Below, piece by piece: positions 1 through 12,357 of a DNA stretch of 64,000 nucleotides; within the stretch, counting starts at the first letter, position 1, and every line of letters starts with the position of its first letter. The notes under the pieces were generated by a model. The model saw nothing but the letters and a program-made list of their open reading frames with translations, was not told the DNA's origin and searched no databases. A program made the translations under genes and the position numbers. The stretch is from positions 35,836,001 to 35,900,000 of the forward strand of contig NC_042998.1 of assembly GCF_006345805.1 (NCBI RefSeq), given 5' to 3'. This DNA is from Octopus sinensis (taxonomy: Eukaryota).

Positions 1-201
1 TATGAATATCATGACATCCCCTTTCTTCTGCCTTATAAATTTAAAATCTTGCACATGTAAATAGCAAATAGCAATACGATGTTATTGGTTGGGATCAAAT
101 CAGAGCCAGTGTCATTGAGTATGTTTATATGTTTTATGTATGTTTTATGTCCAAGAGTATCTTGTTCAATGCCTAAATGTCCTTTCCTGTTGTTATTGTA
201 G

Positions 202-292
202 GGGTTGTTACCTAACATCATCCCTGATGGGCACACTAGCCACTAGCCTTCTCATACCATTCTCTATGATAGCAGATATGATTTTGAAAGGG
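202..292 (+). CDS. SLC35F5: SLC35F5-like nucleotide-sugar/DMT transporter, internal exon (gene starts upstream of window)
   Basis: tag|G GGT TGT...AAA GGG|gtaaga; encodes (W)GCYLTSSLMGTLATSLLIPFSMIADMILKG, recognisably like vertebrate SLC35F5 [31 protein letters not shown]; phase joins next exon. Confidence 0.88.
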
Positions 293-499
293 GTAAGAAC
301 ATTTACATTTTCTTCTCGTTTTCTCATCTATCTTTTATCTTTTACTTGTTTCAGTTATTAAACTGTGGCCATGCTGGGGCATCGCCTTGAGTATGTAAAC
401 CACATGTAAATAAAATTGTTTGTATATTATCACCATATGTCATTTTCAGGATTTTAACATTTAGTTTTTCCAATTCTTTTTCTTATCCTTATATGTTAA

Positions 500-815
500 A
501 CACACCATTTGAGCATGATCGTTACCGTGTTGCCTTACTAGCACCTGTGCTGGTGGCACATGAAACATTCAAGCGAGGTCGTCGCCAGTGCCGCTGGACT
601 GGCTCCTGTGCAGGTGGCACATGAAGGGCACCTTTTGGGCATGGCCATTGCCAGCACCACCAAACTGGCCCTTGTGCCGGTGGCACGTAAAAGCACCCAC
701 TACACTCTCGGAGTGGTTGACGTTAGGAAGGGCATCCAGCTGTAGAAACTCTACCAAATCGTCCAACCCATGCAAGTATGGAAAGCGGATGTTAAATGAT
801 GATGATGACGATGAT
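500..815 (+). mobile_element. Family A: RTE-clade LINE 3' end with (GAT)n tail
   Basis: Internal ~58-bp repeats, GGTTG(G/A)CGTTAGGAAGGGCATCCAGCTGTAGAAAC motif, GAT tail. Confidence 0.8.
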
Positions 816-1022
816 TTCACCTCTATGGTTCTGAATATCTCAATGTGTCTTTACTTTGTCATCATGTTTTCATGTCTGATCTCTTTCCCAAATCTTTCAT
901 AAGCCATCTCTATCATTTACCGCCACCATTAAGTTAGTACTTTTTCATATGGCATATTTTATCTCAAAGGGTTACTTATCTATATTGATCTGTACTGATC
1001 CAGTCAGTCCTGGAAGTACACC

Positions 1023-1545
1023 TCATCATCATCATCATCGTTTAATGTCCTCTTTCCATGCTAGGATGGGTTGGACGATTTGACTGAGGGCTGGCGAACC
1101 AGACTCCAATCTGATCTGGCAGAGTTTCTACAGCTGGATGCCCTTCCTAATGCCAACCACTCCAAGAGTGTAGTGGGTGCTTTTACGTGCCACCGGCACG
1201 AGAGCCAGTTAGGTGGTACTGGCAACGGCCACGCTCAAATGGTGCTTTTTACGTGCCACCTGCACAGGAGCCAGTCCAGCGGCACTGGCAACGATCTCGC
1301 TCGAATGGTGTTTTTAACGTGCTATCGGCACGAAGGCCAGATTGTTGCTCTGGCAACGATCTCACTCGTATGGTACTTTAACACTCCACCAGCAACGGAT
1401 GCCAGTCACTGAGTTTGATTTCGATTTCACTTGCCTCAACAGGTCTTCGCAAGCAGAGTTTAGTGACCAATGAAGGAAAAGCACGCATAAGTGGACTGGT
1501 TACACCCCTGGCATAGGCCACACGGTTATGGTCTCACTTGCGCTA
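1023..1545 (-). mobile_element. Family A RTE 3' end
   Basis: (CAT)n start, conserved ggatgcccttcctaatgccaacc motif, internal repeats. Confidence 0.8.
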
Positions 1546-2084
1546 AGATGACTAAAATGGTTGGCAACAATAAGGGGATTCCCTTATAAAATACAGCTTC
1601 AATAAAACCATACAACCCATGCTAGCACGGAAAATCAGACATAAAATGCAGAATGACTGAGAATTTTAGTTTGGTTGTTATTGTAAATTTGACTTGGACA
1701 TAGTGCAGTGTTTTCTGCCAGTGCAAGATTCTGGCAGCAGACAAGAACCAAGAATGAGATAAAAGAATGGAAGTAAGATCGATAAGCAGTTCTCAGAGAA
1801 GAAATGACATTATCAAGAGACGTAGCAGTATGATGTTCTTTCTTTGGATTCAGGTTTTACCAGCATGGAATAATGGACATTGAAATATTTATGATGACAA
1901 TGAGATTGGACTTTTTTGGCCACTCAGTACACCATTCTGACAGGTGCCTCTAGCTGCGCAAGGTACTTGGTGACCCTGTAGTTGAGGGTACCATGTAAAA
2001 GGCACCCAGTAAACACTGTAAAGTGGTTGGCATCAGGAAGGGCATCCAGCCATAGAAACCAGGCCAAAACAGATAATTGGAACC

Positions 2085-2330
2085 CAGGTTCCAGTCTGAT
2101 TTGGCATGGTTTTCTACAGTTGGATGCCCTTCCTAATGCCAACCACTCCAGGAGTGTAATGGGTGCCATTTACAAGACACTGGCAACGACCAGTACTACA
2201 ATTCATGGTTGCCATTCTACATTGCACCGGCAATGACCATAACGATGATTCCACTTGGCCTGACGAGTCTTCTCACATACAGCATATTTCCTCAGGTCTT
2301 AGTCACTTGTCATCATCTCTGTGAGGCCCA

Positions 2331-2332
<2 letters not shown>
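2085..2332 (-). mobile_element. Family A RTE 3' end including ORF terminus
   Basis: Reverse strand reads LGLTEMMTSD*DLRKYAVCEKTRQAK followed by the family A 3' motif. Confidence 0.7.
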
Positions 2333-2370
<38 letters not shown>

Positions 2371-2372
<2 letters not shown>

Positions 2373-2620
2373 TACCAAATATATATGTTTTTATTATCAT
2401 TTTGCAATTTACTTAATCATCGTATATTATATTTATTTTATCTTTAATATTTCTATTATATGTAATTTTTTAGATGGTGTAATTTAATTGTTCATTTTGA
2501 ATTGATAAAAGGTGGTTTCTTTCTAAGTTTTATATATATATATATTATATTTTGTGAAATTTGATTTAGTATTTCTAAATTGAATTTTTCCCTGTAAGTT
2601 AGGAATAATATTCCCTCAAA
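2371..2620 (-). repeat. AT-rich dispersed repeat beside (TA)n; inverted copy at 27276-27525
   Basis: Reverse complement aligns along its length with 27276-27525 (gagggaatattattcc...cttacagggaaaaattcaatttagaaatactaaatc). Confidence 0.75.
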
Positions 2621-2966
2621 TTATGTATATATACACACATATATATATATGTGGTTTGGACCCTGTGGGCAGCCTTTGACCCTTTTTTCATTCAAGGGGT
2701 TTTAAATTCAATATATTACAAAGTATAGTATTTGTGATTGTATTCAGAATGTTTGAGACAACTCAAAGTAACTGGTGACTACTGATGGAAAAGATGAGGG
2801 ATATATGAAATAGAAAATTTGACTATTCACCAGCCCTTCGTGTAGTGTTTGAGGTGAACAGGACTGGGGCTGGAAATTGGGAGCTTAATAAGGTTGTTGG
2901 GAAGTTTAAAGCATGAAATTAATTTTTAAAAATAAAATTTTTTTTTTGCACTTCTTTTAACCACAG

Positions 2967-3124
2967 GTTTCTTACACGTGGATGTTTTATGTTGGATCTA
3001 TACCAGTGTTTTTGTCATTCTTTGCATTGACTCTGCTAACATACTATGAAAACTGGGACCCTGTTATGACAGCAATAAAGAAAATTCTACACTGTATATG
3101 TCGGCATCGGCAGCTTATTCCAAG
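2967..3124 (+). CDS. SLC35F5: SLC35F5-like, penultimate coding exon
   Basis: polypyrimidine-cag|GTT...CCAAG|gtacat; VSYTWMFYVGSIPVFLSFFALTLLTYYENWDPVMTAIKKILHCICRHRQLIP matches SLC35F5 C-terminal TM helix and NWDPV motif; 158 nt, phase 2. Confidence 0.9.
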
Positions 3125-3280
3125 GTACATCATGTTTTTATTATCTGTTTTTTATTTATTTCTATTTTTTGGTAAGAATAATCTATCTGGATGGAAGTAC
3201 CATCAAACCATTCACGCTTTTGAGAGAGTGATGGGTAGCTAGGCTTACTAGTGGTAAAAAAACAAAACTTTAGAGAGCTG

Positions 3281-3545
3281 AACCACTATGCCATATGCCC
3301 ATGGGTATATGGCGTAGTGGTTAAGAGCGCTGACTACTAACCCTAAGATTCCGAGTTCGATTCCAGGCAGTGAGCTGAATAATAATAATAATAATAACAT
3401 TAAAAAATACCTTAGGAATGAGAACCCAGGTTTGAAATTTCCCCAAGACACCTGATGAAGGCTAGAGGGTATATCAGCCAAAATGTTGTGTTAACAACAA
3501 ACAAGATGAGGACAAAAATCCACCAAATGTAAATAATGTAAATAA
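3281..3545 (+). mobile_element. Family D: tRNA(Arg)-headed, hammerhead-bearing SINE-like element with 5' palindrome
   Basis: A box TGGCGTAGTGG, B box GAGTTCGATTCC, (AAT)n spacer, decayed hammerhead 3447-3492; 42-nt head-to-head palindrome 3281-3322. Confidence 0.8.
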
Positions 3546-3720
3546 GTTATTCACTTTGTTTGAATTAAAAAGGGGTTCAATTAGTAGGGTTTATCTATTG
3601 TTTGGCTGCCCTTTCTACTGCTAATTGCTCAATCATAGAACAAGATTAGATGTTGACTATCAGCCAAGGAAAATTAAGGATTTAATGGCTTTTTTGAAAA
3701 TAATAATAATAATAATAATA

Positions 3721-4120
3721 GGCGCAGGATTGGCTCTGTGGTAAGTAGCTTGCTTATCAACCACATGATTCCAGGTTCAGTCTCACTGCATGGCACCTTG
3801 GGCATGTGTCTTCTACTATAGCCTCCAGCCGACCCAAGCCTTGTGAGTGGATTTGGTAGACGGAAACTGAAAGAAGCCTGTCGTATACATATATATATAT
3901 ATGTGCTTGTGTGTCTTTGTTCGTTCCCCCCAGCCATCGCTTGACAACCAAGGTTGGTGTGTTTATGTCCCCATAACTTAACGGTTCGGCAAAAATCGAC
4001 CGATAGAATAAGTTAATAGGCTTACAAAGAATAAGTCTCTTGGGGTCGATTTGCTCAACTAGAGGCGGTGCTCCGGCATGGCTGCAGTCAAATGACTGAA
4101 ACATGTAAAAGAATAATAAA
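3721..4120 (+). mobile_element. Family B tRNA-derived SINE
   Basis: Head GGCGCAGG..TGGCT.TGTGGTAAG...GGTTCAGTC, internal (TA)/(TG) tract, tail gactgaaaca.gtaaaagaata. Confidence 0.85.
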
Positions 4121-4805
4121 ATCCCTTAAATGCAGAACTTTTGTCTTTTACCAATATAAAGGAAGCAAAGTTGCAACTTGTAACCAAATTAGTTACCCAG
4201 CACCTAAAATATAGACATTGCGTCTAATTTAACCCTGCCAGAATCGAACTCCCATGTCCTAGTTAGATGTCAGAGTCTGTCTCTAGTTAGGAAACCTCGT
4301 TAGAAAGTCGCCAATCTCGGTTCTTTTATCGTTGGTTGCTCAATCTTGTAACGTTCACAAATAGTTTATCAAGTAAGCCATTGGTTGTCTCCCTTAAATT
4401 GCTCCTCGATTTCTAGACACAAGGCTGAATGGAAAATTCTTTCCATTTCGTGGGATTTATCATTAATTTTATATGTCCGTTGTGACATAGATAAAAGGAA
4501 AAAATATCATGTAAACAATTATCTGTTGCTATACATACATCTAAAAACGTTGAGGTTGCTTCTCAAGTCAATATTGTAAGCTGCCATTTCCAGAAATTGA
4601 TATATTCGGAATTGTTTTGCAGCAAATTTTAAAGAAAACTTTTGATTAAAATTCTTGGGCTGACATGTTGGCATAATGTGTAGAATGTTTCTGTAAATAT
4701 TTTTCAAACTTTTGGATCTGTTCCTTTATATTTTGTGATCACATCTTTTTGAGTTTGTGTCAAAAAGCTCTAGTTTTGTGTATGGATCCATTCAATTAAT
4801 TTGAT

Positions 4806-5585
4806 AATGAAATTATTGTGTATAGTGCTCAGGTGCACTACAACTCATCAAAGGTGCATGTACAGTACATAAAATTGTGTACAAATGTCAGGAAAGTGAA
4901 CAGTGTATGAGTCACGATATACATGTGTGCATGTGCATGGAGTGGGGTGGATATGAGGTGTAGTGTCGGCGAATTTCAGGAAGCATGGAAGTTTTAAAGG
5001 ATGCAATGTCTTGGCAGCTAACAACTAATGCAGGTAGTTTGTTCCATGCTTCAGCAACTCTGAGTGTGCAAAAATGTTTCCGTAAATCATGGGAGCTGTG
5101 CTGTTTTATGACTTTGTAGGCATGCCCACGTGTGTTAGACATAAGGAGCTCAAAAAGGTGCTCAAAGTGGTTGTTGGTACGATGGTTAATAATTTTGTGG
5201 ATGTTTACCAAGTCAGTTGCTAGATGCCGGAGCTTCATTGTATCTATGCCCAGGGAAGCAAGGCGTTCAGATTATGGTAGATGCGTGATGGAGGGTATTC
5301 GCTTGGTAGCATGACTCTGAACAGTTTCCAAGAAGTCAATGTCCAGAGCAGTATAGGGGTACCAGACTGGTGATGCAAATTCCAAGAGTGGCTGCACCAT
5401 GGCCATATACAGTCTTAAATAGATAACCAGAGAGCAGCTGACAAAGGTCTTGCTGAGTGATGTGAAGACACCCTCAGCCTTCTTGACAATTTTAGAGATG
5501 TGCTTTTTCCAGTGCAAATCGCTGCTGACAGTAATGCCCAGGTCACGTTCACAAGAAGACTTCTTGATATTAGCGCTGTGGAGAG
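4806..5585 (-). mobile_element. CR1/L2-group LINE, 5'-truncated 3' fragment
   Basis: Reverse ORFs ...YLRLYMAMVQPLLEFASPVWYPY...LETVQSHATKRIP and ...NTRGHAYKV...RKHFCTLRVAEAWNKLP, typical post-RT C-terminus; 3' UTR pieces recur at ~10810, ~23570 and ~55815. Confidence 0.85.
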
Positions 5586-6221
5586 AGCATGTGTGCTTTT
5601 CACTATCAAATTTGTTTGCTGTCTACTTGTGTGAGCAATTATTATTTGTGAGCATAACCATCTCGCTTTAATTATGTTAATAGTGCATTTAGGAAATGTA
5701 TTATCTCAACACCCGTTGCTTGTGTGTGCCTAGTCAACAGAAATTGCTATACATCCATTCATCTTTCCCCTACATTCACAATAGAAATGAGTTGAAATAA
5801 GTCTATATACAATATGCACTGTGAAGTTGAAAGGGATTCTCTCTCTGTCTCTTTCTCCATTCAGTTAGAAAACCCCTTTTTTAAAATCTTCTGTCACCTA
5901 TCAGTGACTGAACTCCTGATATTTTCTTAAATATGTGATGTTGATTCTTGTGATTAAGCATAAGAATTAACAGTATTGGCTTCATTTGGAAATAATTGTT
6001 GCAACTGAACCAACATGGAGTTGTCTTAAGGGTTGAAGAGTAGAGGCTCTTTGTATCATTTCATCTTTCTCAAAACCCCAACCTCTTCCTGTTTAACCCT
6101 GGGTAGACACCAGCTTACTGTTAAAAATGAGAACCTTGCATAAATAGCTCTGTGAGTGTCCCTTACACAGTCGTCTGTTTCAAAGCATTTGTATTTAAAT
6201 GAATGTTTAGAATATTGCACC

Positions 6222-6450
6222 CATGACTGCTCGATCAGGGTTCAATTCCAAGACTGGGCAGCATGTTGTGTTCTTGAGCAAAACACTTCATTTCCCATAG
6301 GCCCAGTCCATTCAGTTGTAAATGGGTCACCCTGTGATAGACTGGTCATTCTGATCAATGGCAATGTTGGCCTGCTCGCCTCGCCAGCTAAGCGCATTGT
6401 GACCAGTGATGTACAGCAATATCTGATAGCCTGGTCGATACTGTGATATG
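6222..6450 (+). mobile_element. Degenerate tRNA-derived SINE
   Basis: B-box-like GGTTCAATTCC followed by ttgtgttcttgagcaaaacactt...gtaaatggg, a common SINE core-like segment. Confidence 0.5.
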
Positions 6451-7259
6451 CCATAATATTTAAAAGAACTATTCCATCACACTTTTAAATTTAATATATC
6501 AATTAATGAAACATTGGATAATTTTCTAAATTCTTCCAAATTCTTGATTTTCAAAATTAACTGAAACATAAAACTGCACTTTTTTAAAAAAAAGTTTTTT
6601 TTTTTGTTTTTTTTTTTTTAATGAAATAAGATTGCAAAATGGGTTTAAGTGTTTTGTTAGCACTGAGTTCAAACCCTTTGATCTGTGTATATTTTGTGGA
6701 AATGCAGGGGTTTTGAAATCAGCAAGTTCAACATTTCAGATTATGAAATTTTCACCTGCATGAAACAGTTTTAAATAATATCTCGACACGTCAGAAGAAG
6801 TCTGTGTGTTTGCACTAATGTTTGTGTGTTAGCAAAGCTCAACATATATTTTCTTTCAAATTCTTAGATTATTAATGTATAAACAAGTGAATACGTTAAG
6901 TACATTTGGTGAGTGATAGCCCTTTACAGAGTTTTATCTACATTTACTACTTCATATTTAAGCTTGTGGTGCTCCTTCGTCAAGGTTGCTTAGAAACCTT
7001 CTATAAAAATTAAAAAGAAAGTTTTTATGCACCTTTACTAATTTTTCACTGTTAATCAGCTTCATTTACTACATTGATAACAGTTTTCTCTACTAACAAA
7101 AAAGGCAGGGGAAAAAAAACAAAACATTTTATTACATTGTGTGCAAATGTATGTAGGTGTCCCTTAATAATTTGTCTTTAGTGTATGTGGATATTTCTAC
7201 CCTGTCTACTTAGACAGCTAATTTGTATGAGCCCCTTATCACCTCCCTTACTTCAATGT

Positions 7260-7694
7260 TAAAAGCACCATCCAAGCGTGATTGTTGCCAGGGCCCCTAA
7301 CTGGCTCCTTTGCTGGTGATATGTAAAAAGCAACATTCAAGTGTGATCATTGCCAGTGTCACCTTACTGGCACACATGTGCCAGTGGCAGGTGTAAAGCA
7401 ACATTTGAGCGTGGTCGTTGCCAGTGCCACCGGACTGGCTCCCATGAAGGTGGCACGTAAAAGACACTTTTTGAGTGTGGTTGTTGCCTGACTGGCCCTC
7501 ATGCCGGTGGCACATAAAAGCACCCACTACACTCTTGGAGTGGTTGGTGTTAGGAAGGGCATCCAGCTGTAGAAACTTTGCCAGATCAGATTGGAACCTG
7601 GTGCAGCCTTCTGGCTTCCCAGATCTCAGTCAAACCGTCCAACCAATGCCAGCATGGAAAACGGATGTTAAACAATGATGATGATGATGATGAT
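7260..7694 (+). mobile_element. Family A RTE 3' end
   Basis: 4 internal repeat units, conserved 3' motif, (GAT)n tail. Confidence 0.82.
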
Positions 7695-8544
7695 CGTTTT
7701 GATCTCATAGTTAGAATTGGCTGCTTCACTCTTGGGAGAGGAATTTTCCAACTTGTCTTGCTTCTCCCTCCCTACCACATCATGTATTTATAAGAGAAAT
7801 TATTTTAAAGAATTTAAAAACTGATCATTCATGTAATTTGTGTCGAGTTTTAAGCACTATGATCATTTTCATTGCCGGTAGGGACATTTTAAATCAGGAG
7901 TGGGGAAACTTTTTAGTGCAGTGGGCAGAAATTTCCAAAGAAAAGGGCCCAAGGCAGATCACAAGTTCTGGCTCTTATATCTGTGTAAATCTTGTATATA
8001 TTTATGTATAATTCGATATACATTAATAAAGATAAATTTAACACATTAAATTAACATGTAACATCTTCATTAACTGAATTTAGGACGTTTATACTACTTA
8101 TGAAGTATTCTATAGTTTTCAGCCAGAGTGTGGTTGGGTCTCAAGGGGGTGGTACAAACCTAGCAATAGGTGTTTTATAGTGAAAACAAAATTTCCATTC
8201 AAATGGTAATTACCAGACGATTTTCTGTTTGAGTCTGACCGTTTTAAGTCGTAGTGGAAACGGGACCTTTGTCGCAAATAGGCAGATGAGTATTGTATAA
8301 ATTTCATAATTGAAAAATTTACTATATTTTGTATATACAAGTATACCAGCCTGCAGATGCAAAGAAATGGGCTTGTGGGTGCAATTGTGCCCACGGATGG
8401 GGGTTTCCCCGTCCCTACCTTGTATCAATCTGCAACTGTAATATACCCCCAAATATAAGGTTTATAAGTCAATATTGTGCCTTTGTTTTTATTTCTGACT
8501 CTATCTCTACAGATTTTTTACAGGGTCAGCACTTTAAGTTGTGA

Positions 8545-8734
8545 CATTTCAAATACGAATACGTCTTTTGTAAACAATGTGATTAAAGACAGCAAAAACA
8601 GGCAATGAGTGTATAATGCACAGTTCAGGCGTCGTTGCTCCTTAACTCCTGAAATATGCACATTCACCCATTTACCTGTTTTTGCTGTCTAGAAATCACA
8701 TTGTTTACATCGACGTATTTGTATGTGAAACATG
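8545..8734. mobile_element. Palindromic (foldback) MITE-like element
   Basis: Arms tacgaatacgtc..tgtaaacaatgtgatt..agacagcaaaaacagg and cctgtttttgctgtct..aatcacattgtttaca..gacgtatttgta are reverse complements. Confidence 0.7.
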
Positions 8735-8749
8735 ACTTTTACTATTTTT

Positions 8750-9625
8750 TTTATTCCTTTACTTGTTTCAGTCATTTGACTGTGGCCATGCTGGAGCACC
8801 ACCTTTAGTCGGGCAAATCAACCCCAGGACTTATTCTTTGTAAGCCTAGTACTTATTCTATTGGTCTCTTTTGCCGAACAGCTAAGTTATGGGGACATAA
8901 ACACACCAGCATCGATTGTCACATGATAGTGGGGTGGGGGGCAAATACATACATGTATACATATATATATATACAAATATATATATATAGGCGCAGGAGT
9001 GGCTGTGTGGTAAGTAGCTTGCTAACCAACCACATGGTTCCGGGTTCAGTCCCACTGCGTGGCATCTTGGGCAAGTGTCTTCTGCTATAGCCCCGGGCCG
9101 ACCAATGCCTTGTGAGTGGATTTGGTAGACGGAAACTGAAAGAAGCCTGTCGTATATATGTATATATATATGTGTGTGTGTATGTCTGTGTTTGTCCCCC
9201 TAGCATTGCTTGACAACCGATGCTGGTGTGTTCACGTCCCCGTCACTTAGACAATCGGCAAAAGAGACCGATAGAATAAGTACTGGGCTTAAAAAGAATA
9301 AGTCCCAGGGTCGATTTGCTCGACTACAGGCGGTGCCCAGCATGGCCACAGTCAAACGACTGAAACAAGTAAAAGAATAAAAGAATAAAAGAAAGAATAT
9401 ATACACATGATGGGCTTCTTCCAGTTTCCATCTACCAAAACCACTCACAAGGCTTTGGTCAGTAGAAGACACTTGCCCAAGGTGTAACTTAGCGGTTCGG
9501 CAAAAGAGACCGATAGAATGAGTACTAGGCTTACAAAGAATAATTCCTGGGGTTGATTTCTTCGACTAAAGGCAGTGCTCCAGCATGGCCACAGTCAAAT
9601 GACTGAAACAAGTAAAAGAGTAAAG
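8750..9625. mobile_element. Cluster of family B SINEs (minus 8750-8945, full plus 8989-9395, fragments 9405-9625)
   Basis: Full-length copy begins GGCGCAGGAGTGGCTGTGTGGTAAG at 8989; neighbours are reverse-complement or partial copies. Confidence 0.85.
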
Positions 9626-9992
9626 GAGATTGGGGAAGATAACTTTCTTAACATTTGGTTGTGTGAATAATTGTGTTTGCACCTCCATGGAAGTCACAAT
9701 ATTTGGCAGTGTGAAGCTTCTGGGGAAAATGCTATGGTTGACCCACCTAATTTGTTGACCCTCCTAATTACACTTAATCATTACGTAAAACACAATACCT
9801 TGCCAAGCTTACACGTTTCTGAGTGGATCCAGTCACTTTTGCATTGGTAGACTTTCTGGCTGATCTTTGGACAAATATGATCTTGTCTATGGCTATCTCA
9901 TTTTTATTGCATCCTATATTTAGAAATTAAACCATTTTAAGGACTTTAAATAGTTTGTTGAATGAAGGAGTCTTAGCTGCTACTACACAAAA

Positions 9993-10490
9993 CATCATCA
10001 TCATCATGATCATGATCGTTTAACGTCTGCTTTCCATGCCGGCATGGGTTGGACAGTTTGACTGGGGACTGGCAAGCCAGGAGGCTGCACCAGGCACCAG
10101 TCTGATCTGGCAATGTTTCTACAGCTGGATGACCTTCCTAACACCAACCATTCTGAGAGTGTAGTGGGTGCTTTTCACGTGATACTGGCATGGGAGCAGT
10201 CAAGGCGGTGCTGGCATTGGCCATGTTTGGATGGTGCTTTTTATGTGGCATGGCACAGAAGCCCTTGAGGAAAGGGGGCTGGCATCGACCACATCCAGAT
10301 GGTGCTTTTTATGTGCCACCAGCACAGAGATCACAACCACAAGTCAGGAGGTCGCACCAGTCTCCAAATTAATCTGGCAAGGTTTCTACAGCTTGATGCC
10401 CTTCTTAACGCTAACTACTCCAAGAGTGTAGTGGGTGCTTTTTATGTGCCACCAGCATGGGGGGGGGGCAATCAGGCGACACTGGCGTCT
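9993..10490 (-). mobile_element. Family A RTE 3' ends (composite)
   Basis: (CAT)n start and two occurrences of the tttctacagct.gatg.cctt motif. Confidence 0.75.
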
Positions 10491-10596
10491 TAAGAAACGT
10501 GCAGACATACTCTCTCTAATTAAAGAAGCTCCTAATTCACAGTCCTGAGTTCAAGTCTTCAAAGTTTTTATAATAATGATATAATGAAGGCAGCGA

Positions 10597-10810
10597 GGAG
10601 CTGTGAGTAAAAATCTTGAGAAATACATGGAACAAATAGGGGCTGCAATAAGGGTGGAGCACTTTCAGAAAATAGCACTGCTTAGAACCGCTCGAATACT
10701 CAGGAAGGTGCTCGTAAAATAAGGGGAGTTACCTTAGTTCGCTGGTAGTGAACAGCTGACACCGTAGTACATCTCCAGCATTAGAAGCTGTGCAAAGAAA
10801 ATAATAATAA
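10597..10810 (+). mobile_element. R4/Dong-like (RLE) LINE 3' fragment
   Basis: Reads GAVSKNLEKYMEQIGAAIRVEHFQKIALLRTARILRKVLVK*, like the QKxxLLGTARILRKVL end of RLE-type non-LTR elements; (TAA)n tail. Confidence 0.65.
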
Positions 10811-11334
10811 TGAAATTATTGTGTATAATGCTCAGATGCACTACAATTCATGAAAGGTGCATAGAATTATGTACAAATATCAGGAAAGTGAACTGTGTAG
10901 GAATCATGGAATTGATTTTAAAAAGATTTAGTTTAAGAATATTCATTTTGTCTCTATTGGTCTCTAAGACAGTTTTGAACTCGGCGTCATAAGTTAGCAA
11001 CAAACACTTGTTAATTTGCAGATTGCTGCCCCTGTTTCCTCATATGAACTGCCCCTAATCCTATTTACAGTTAAGTATTATCTTATGAATGAATGAGAGC
11101 TCTTTTCACATGGCACCAGGTGTTGGAGTCTGTGTGATGACAAGCTTTTCATGAATGGTTACACACCTTCACTCACTCGTACAGTTGACCATTGCAGTTG
11201 GAACCTATGTCCAAAGCCAAGGCAGGTAGGCATATAACAGGTGATCTCTGGTTCAAAGCTAAACAATCCCTTGATGATCTGCTTCCTACTCCTGATGGTT
11301 AACTCGTTTATGGCACTTTTAAATATAGTGTTCT

Positions 11335-11680
11335 ATGTGGCTATGTGGTAAGAAGTTTGCTTCCCAACCACATGGTTCCGGGTTCAGTCCCACAGTGTGG
11401 CACCTTAAGTGAATGTCTTCTACTATAGCCTCAGGCCAACCAAAGCCTTGTGAGTGGATTTGGTAGATGGAAACTGAAAGAAGTCCATTGTGTGTCTTTG
11501 TGTCTGTTTGTCCCCTTCACCACTTAACCTATGTTGGTGTGCTTACATTCTCATAACTTAGTGGTTCAGCAAATAGAGGCTAATAGAATATGTACCAGGC
11601 TTTAAACAAAAAAAAAGTTCTGGGCTTGATATGTTTGACTAAAATTTTTCAAGGTGGTGCCCCAGCATGGCCATAGATAA
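11335..11680 (+). mobile_element. Family B SINE
   Basis: gtggctatgtggtaagaagtttgcttcccaaccacatggttccgggttcagtccc...ccagcatggcc. Confidence 0.8.
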
Positions 11681-12357
11681 AAGTTAGAAACCCAGCCAAC
11701 AGCAGGCTGTACCCCAATTCATGCACACAACTCCAATATCATATCCGTTGAGCCAGATCACATTTGCTTCTAACCTAAAACCTGCAGTTTAAATATTGTT
11801 ATCTTGTTGTTACCAAGATAGAAGTGAGTGTTGTTGTTTTTGTTGCTGTTGTTGTGTTGAGCTGTTTTATCTTGAAATCTATAGAGTATATACTATCCTC
11901 TTATTGACTAACTCATTGAAATTAGATCTTCCTGCTAACAACTACTTTTTTTCTGTTGCGTGCTGTCAATAGACGACACCCAGTCTTCCATAGGTTTGGT
12001 TTTAAGGCTTCTATCAAACTATATTATTAACATGGTGTCACATGGTGCATCACAAACTAATGCTTCTGGGTTGCTTCTACTTCTCCACTCTCTTTCTTTA
12101 TTTTTTCTCTCTCTAATGTGTGTGAGAAATATACATACATATATGCACCAAACTGTACACATGTATGTGCTTGTAAATTCTTCCACAGCTGTGAATTTTC
12201 TTTCAATCTGCATGAATTTATCATTTAAACTTGTATATTGAAATTGTTGTATTTATTTACTTTCAGCCCTATTTGGCTAAATATCTATTTTAATATGTAC
12301 AGTTGCAATCTTTTTTTTTTTTTTTTTTGAAGCTATGTTTTTAAACACATCTGCTGG

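Noticed and set aside
3303-3375. Apparent tRNA gene (also at 58453, 51797 and 8989)
   Set aside because: A and B boxes are present, but acceptor stems do not pair and each runs into a repeat body; these are SINE heads
4200-4790. Coding-looking minus-strand stretch (ORF 4519-4707)
   Set aside because: No recognisable domain, interrupted by stops, and no convincing splice sites
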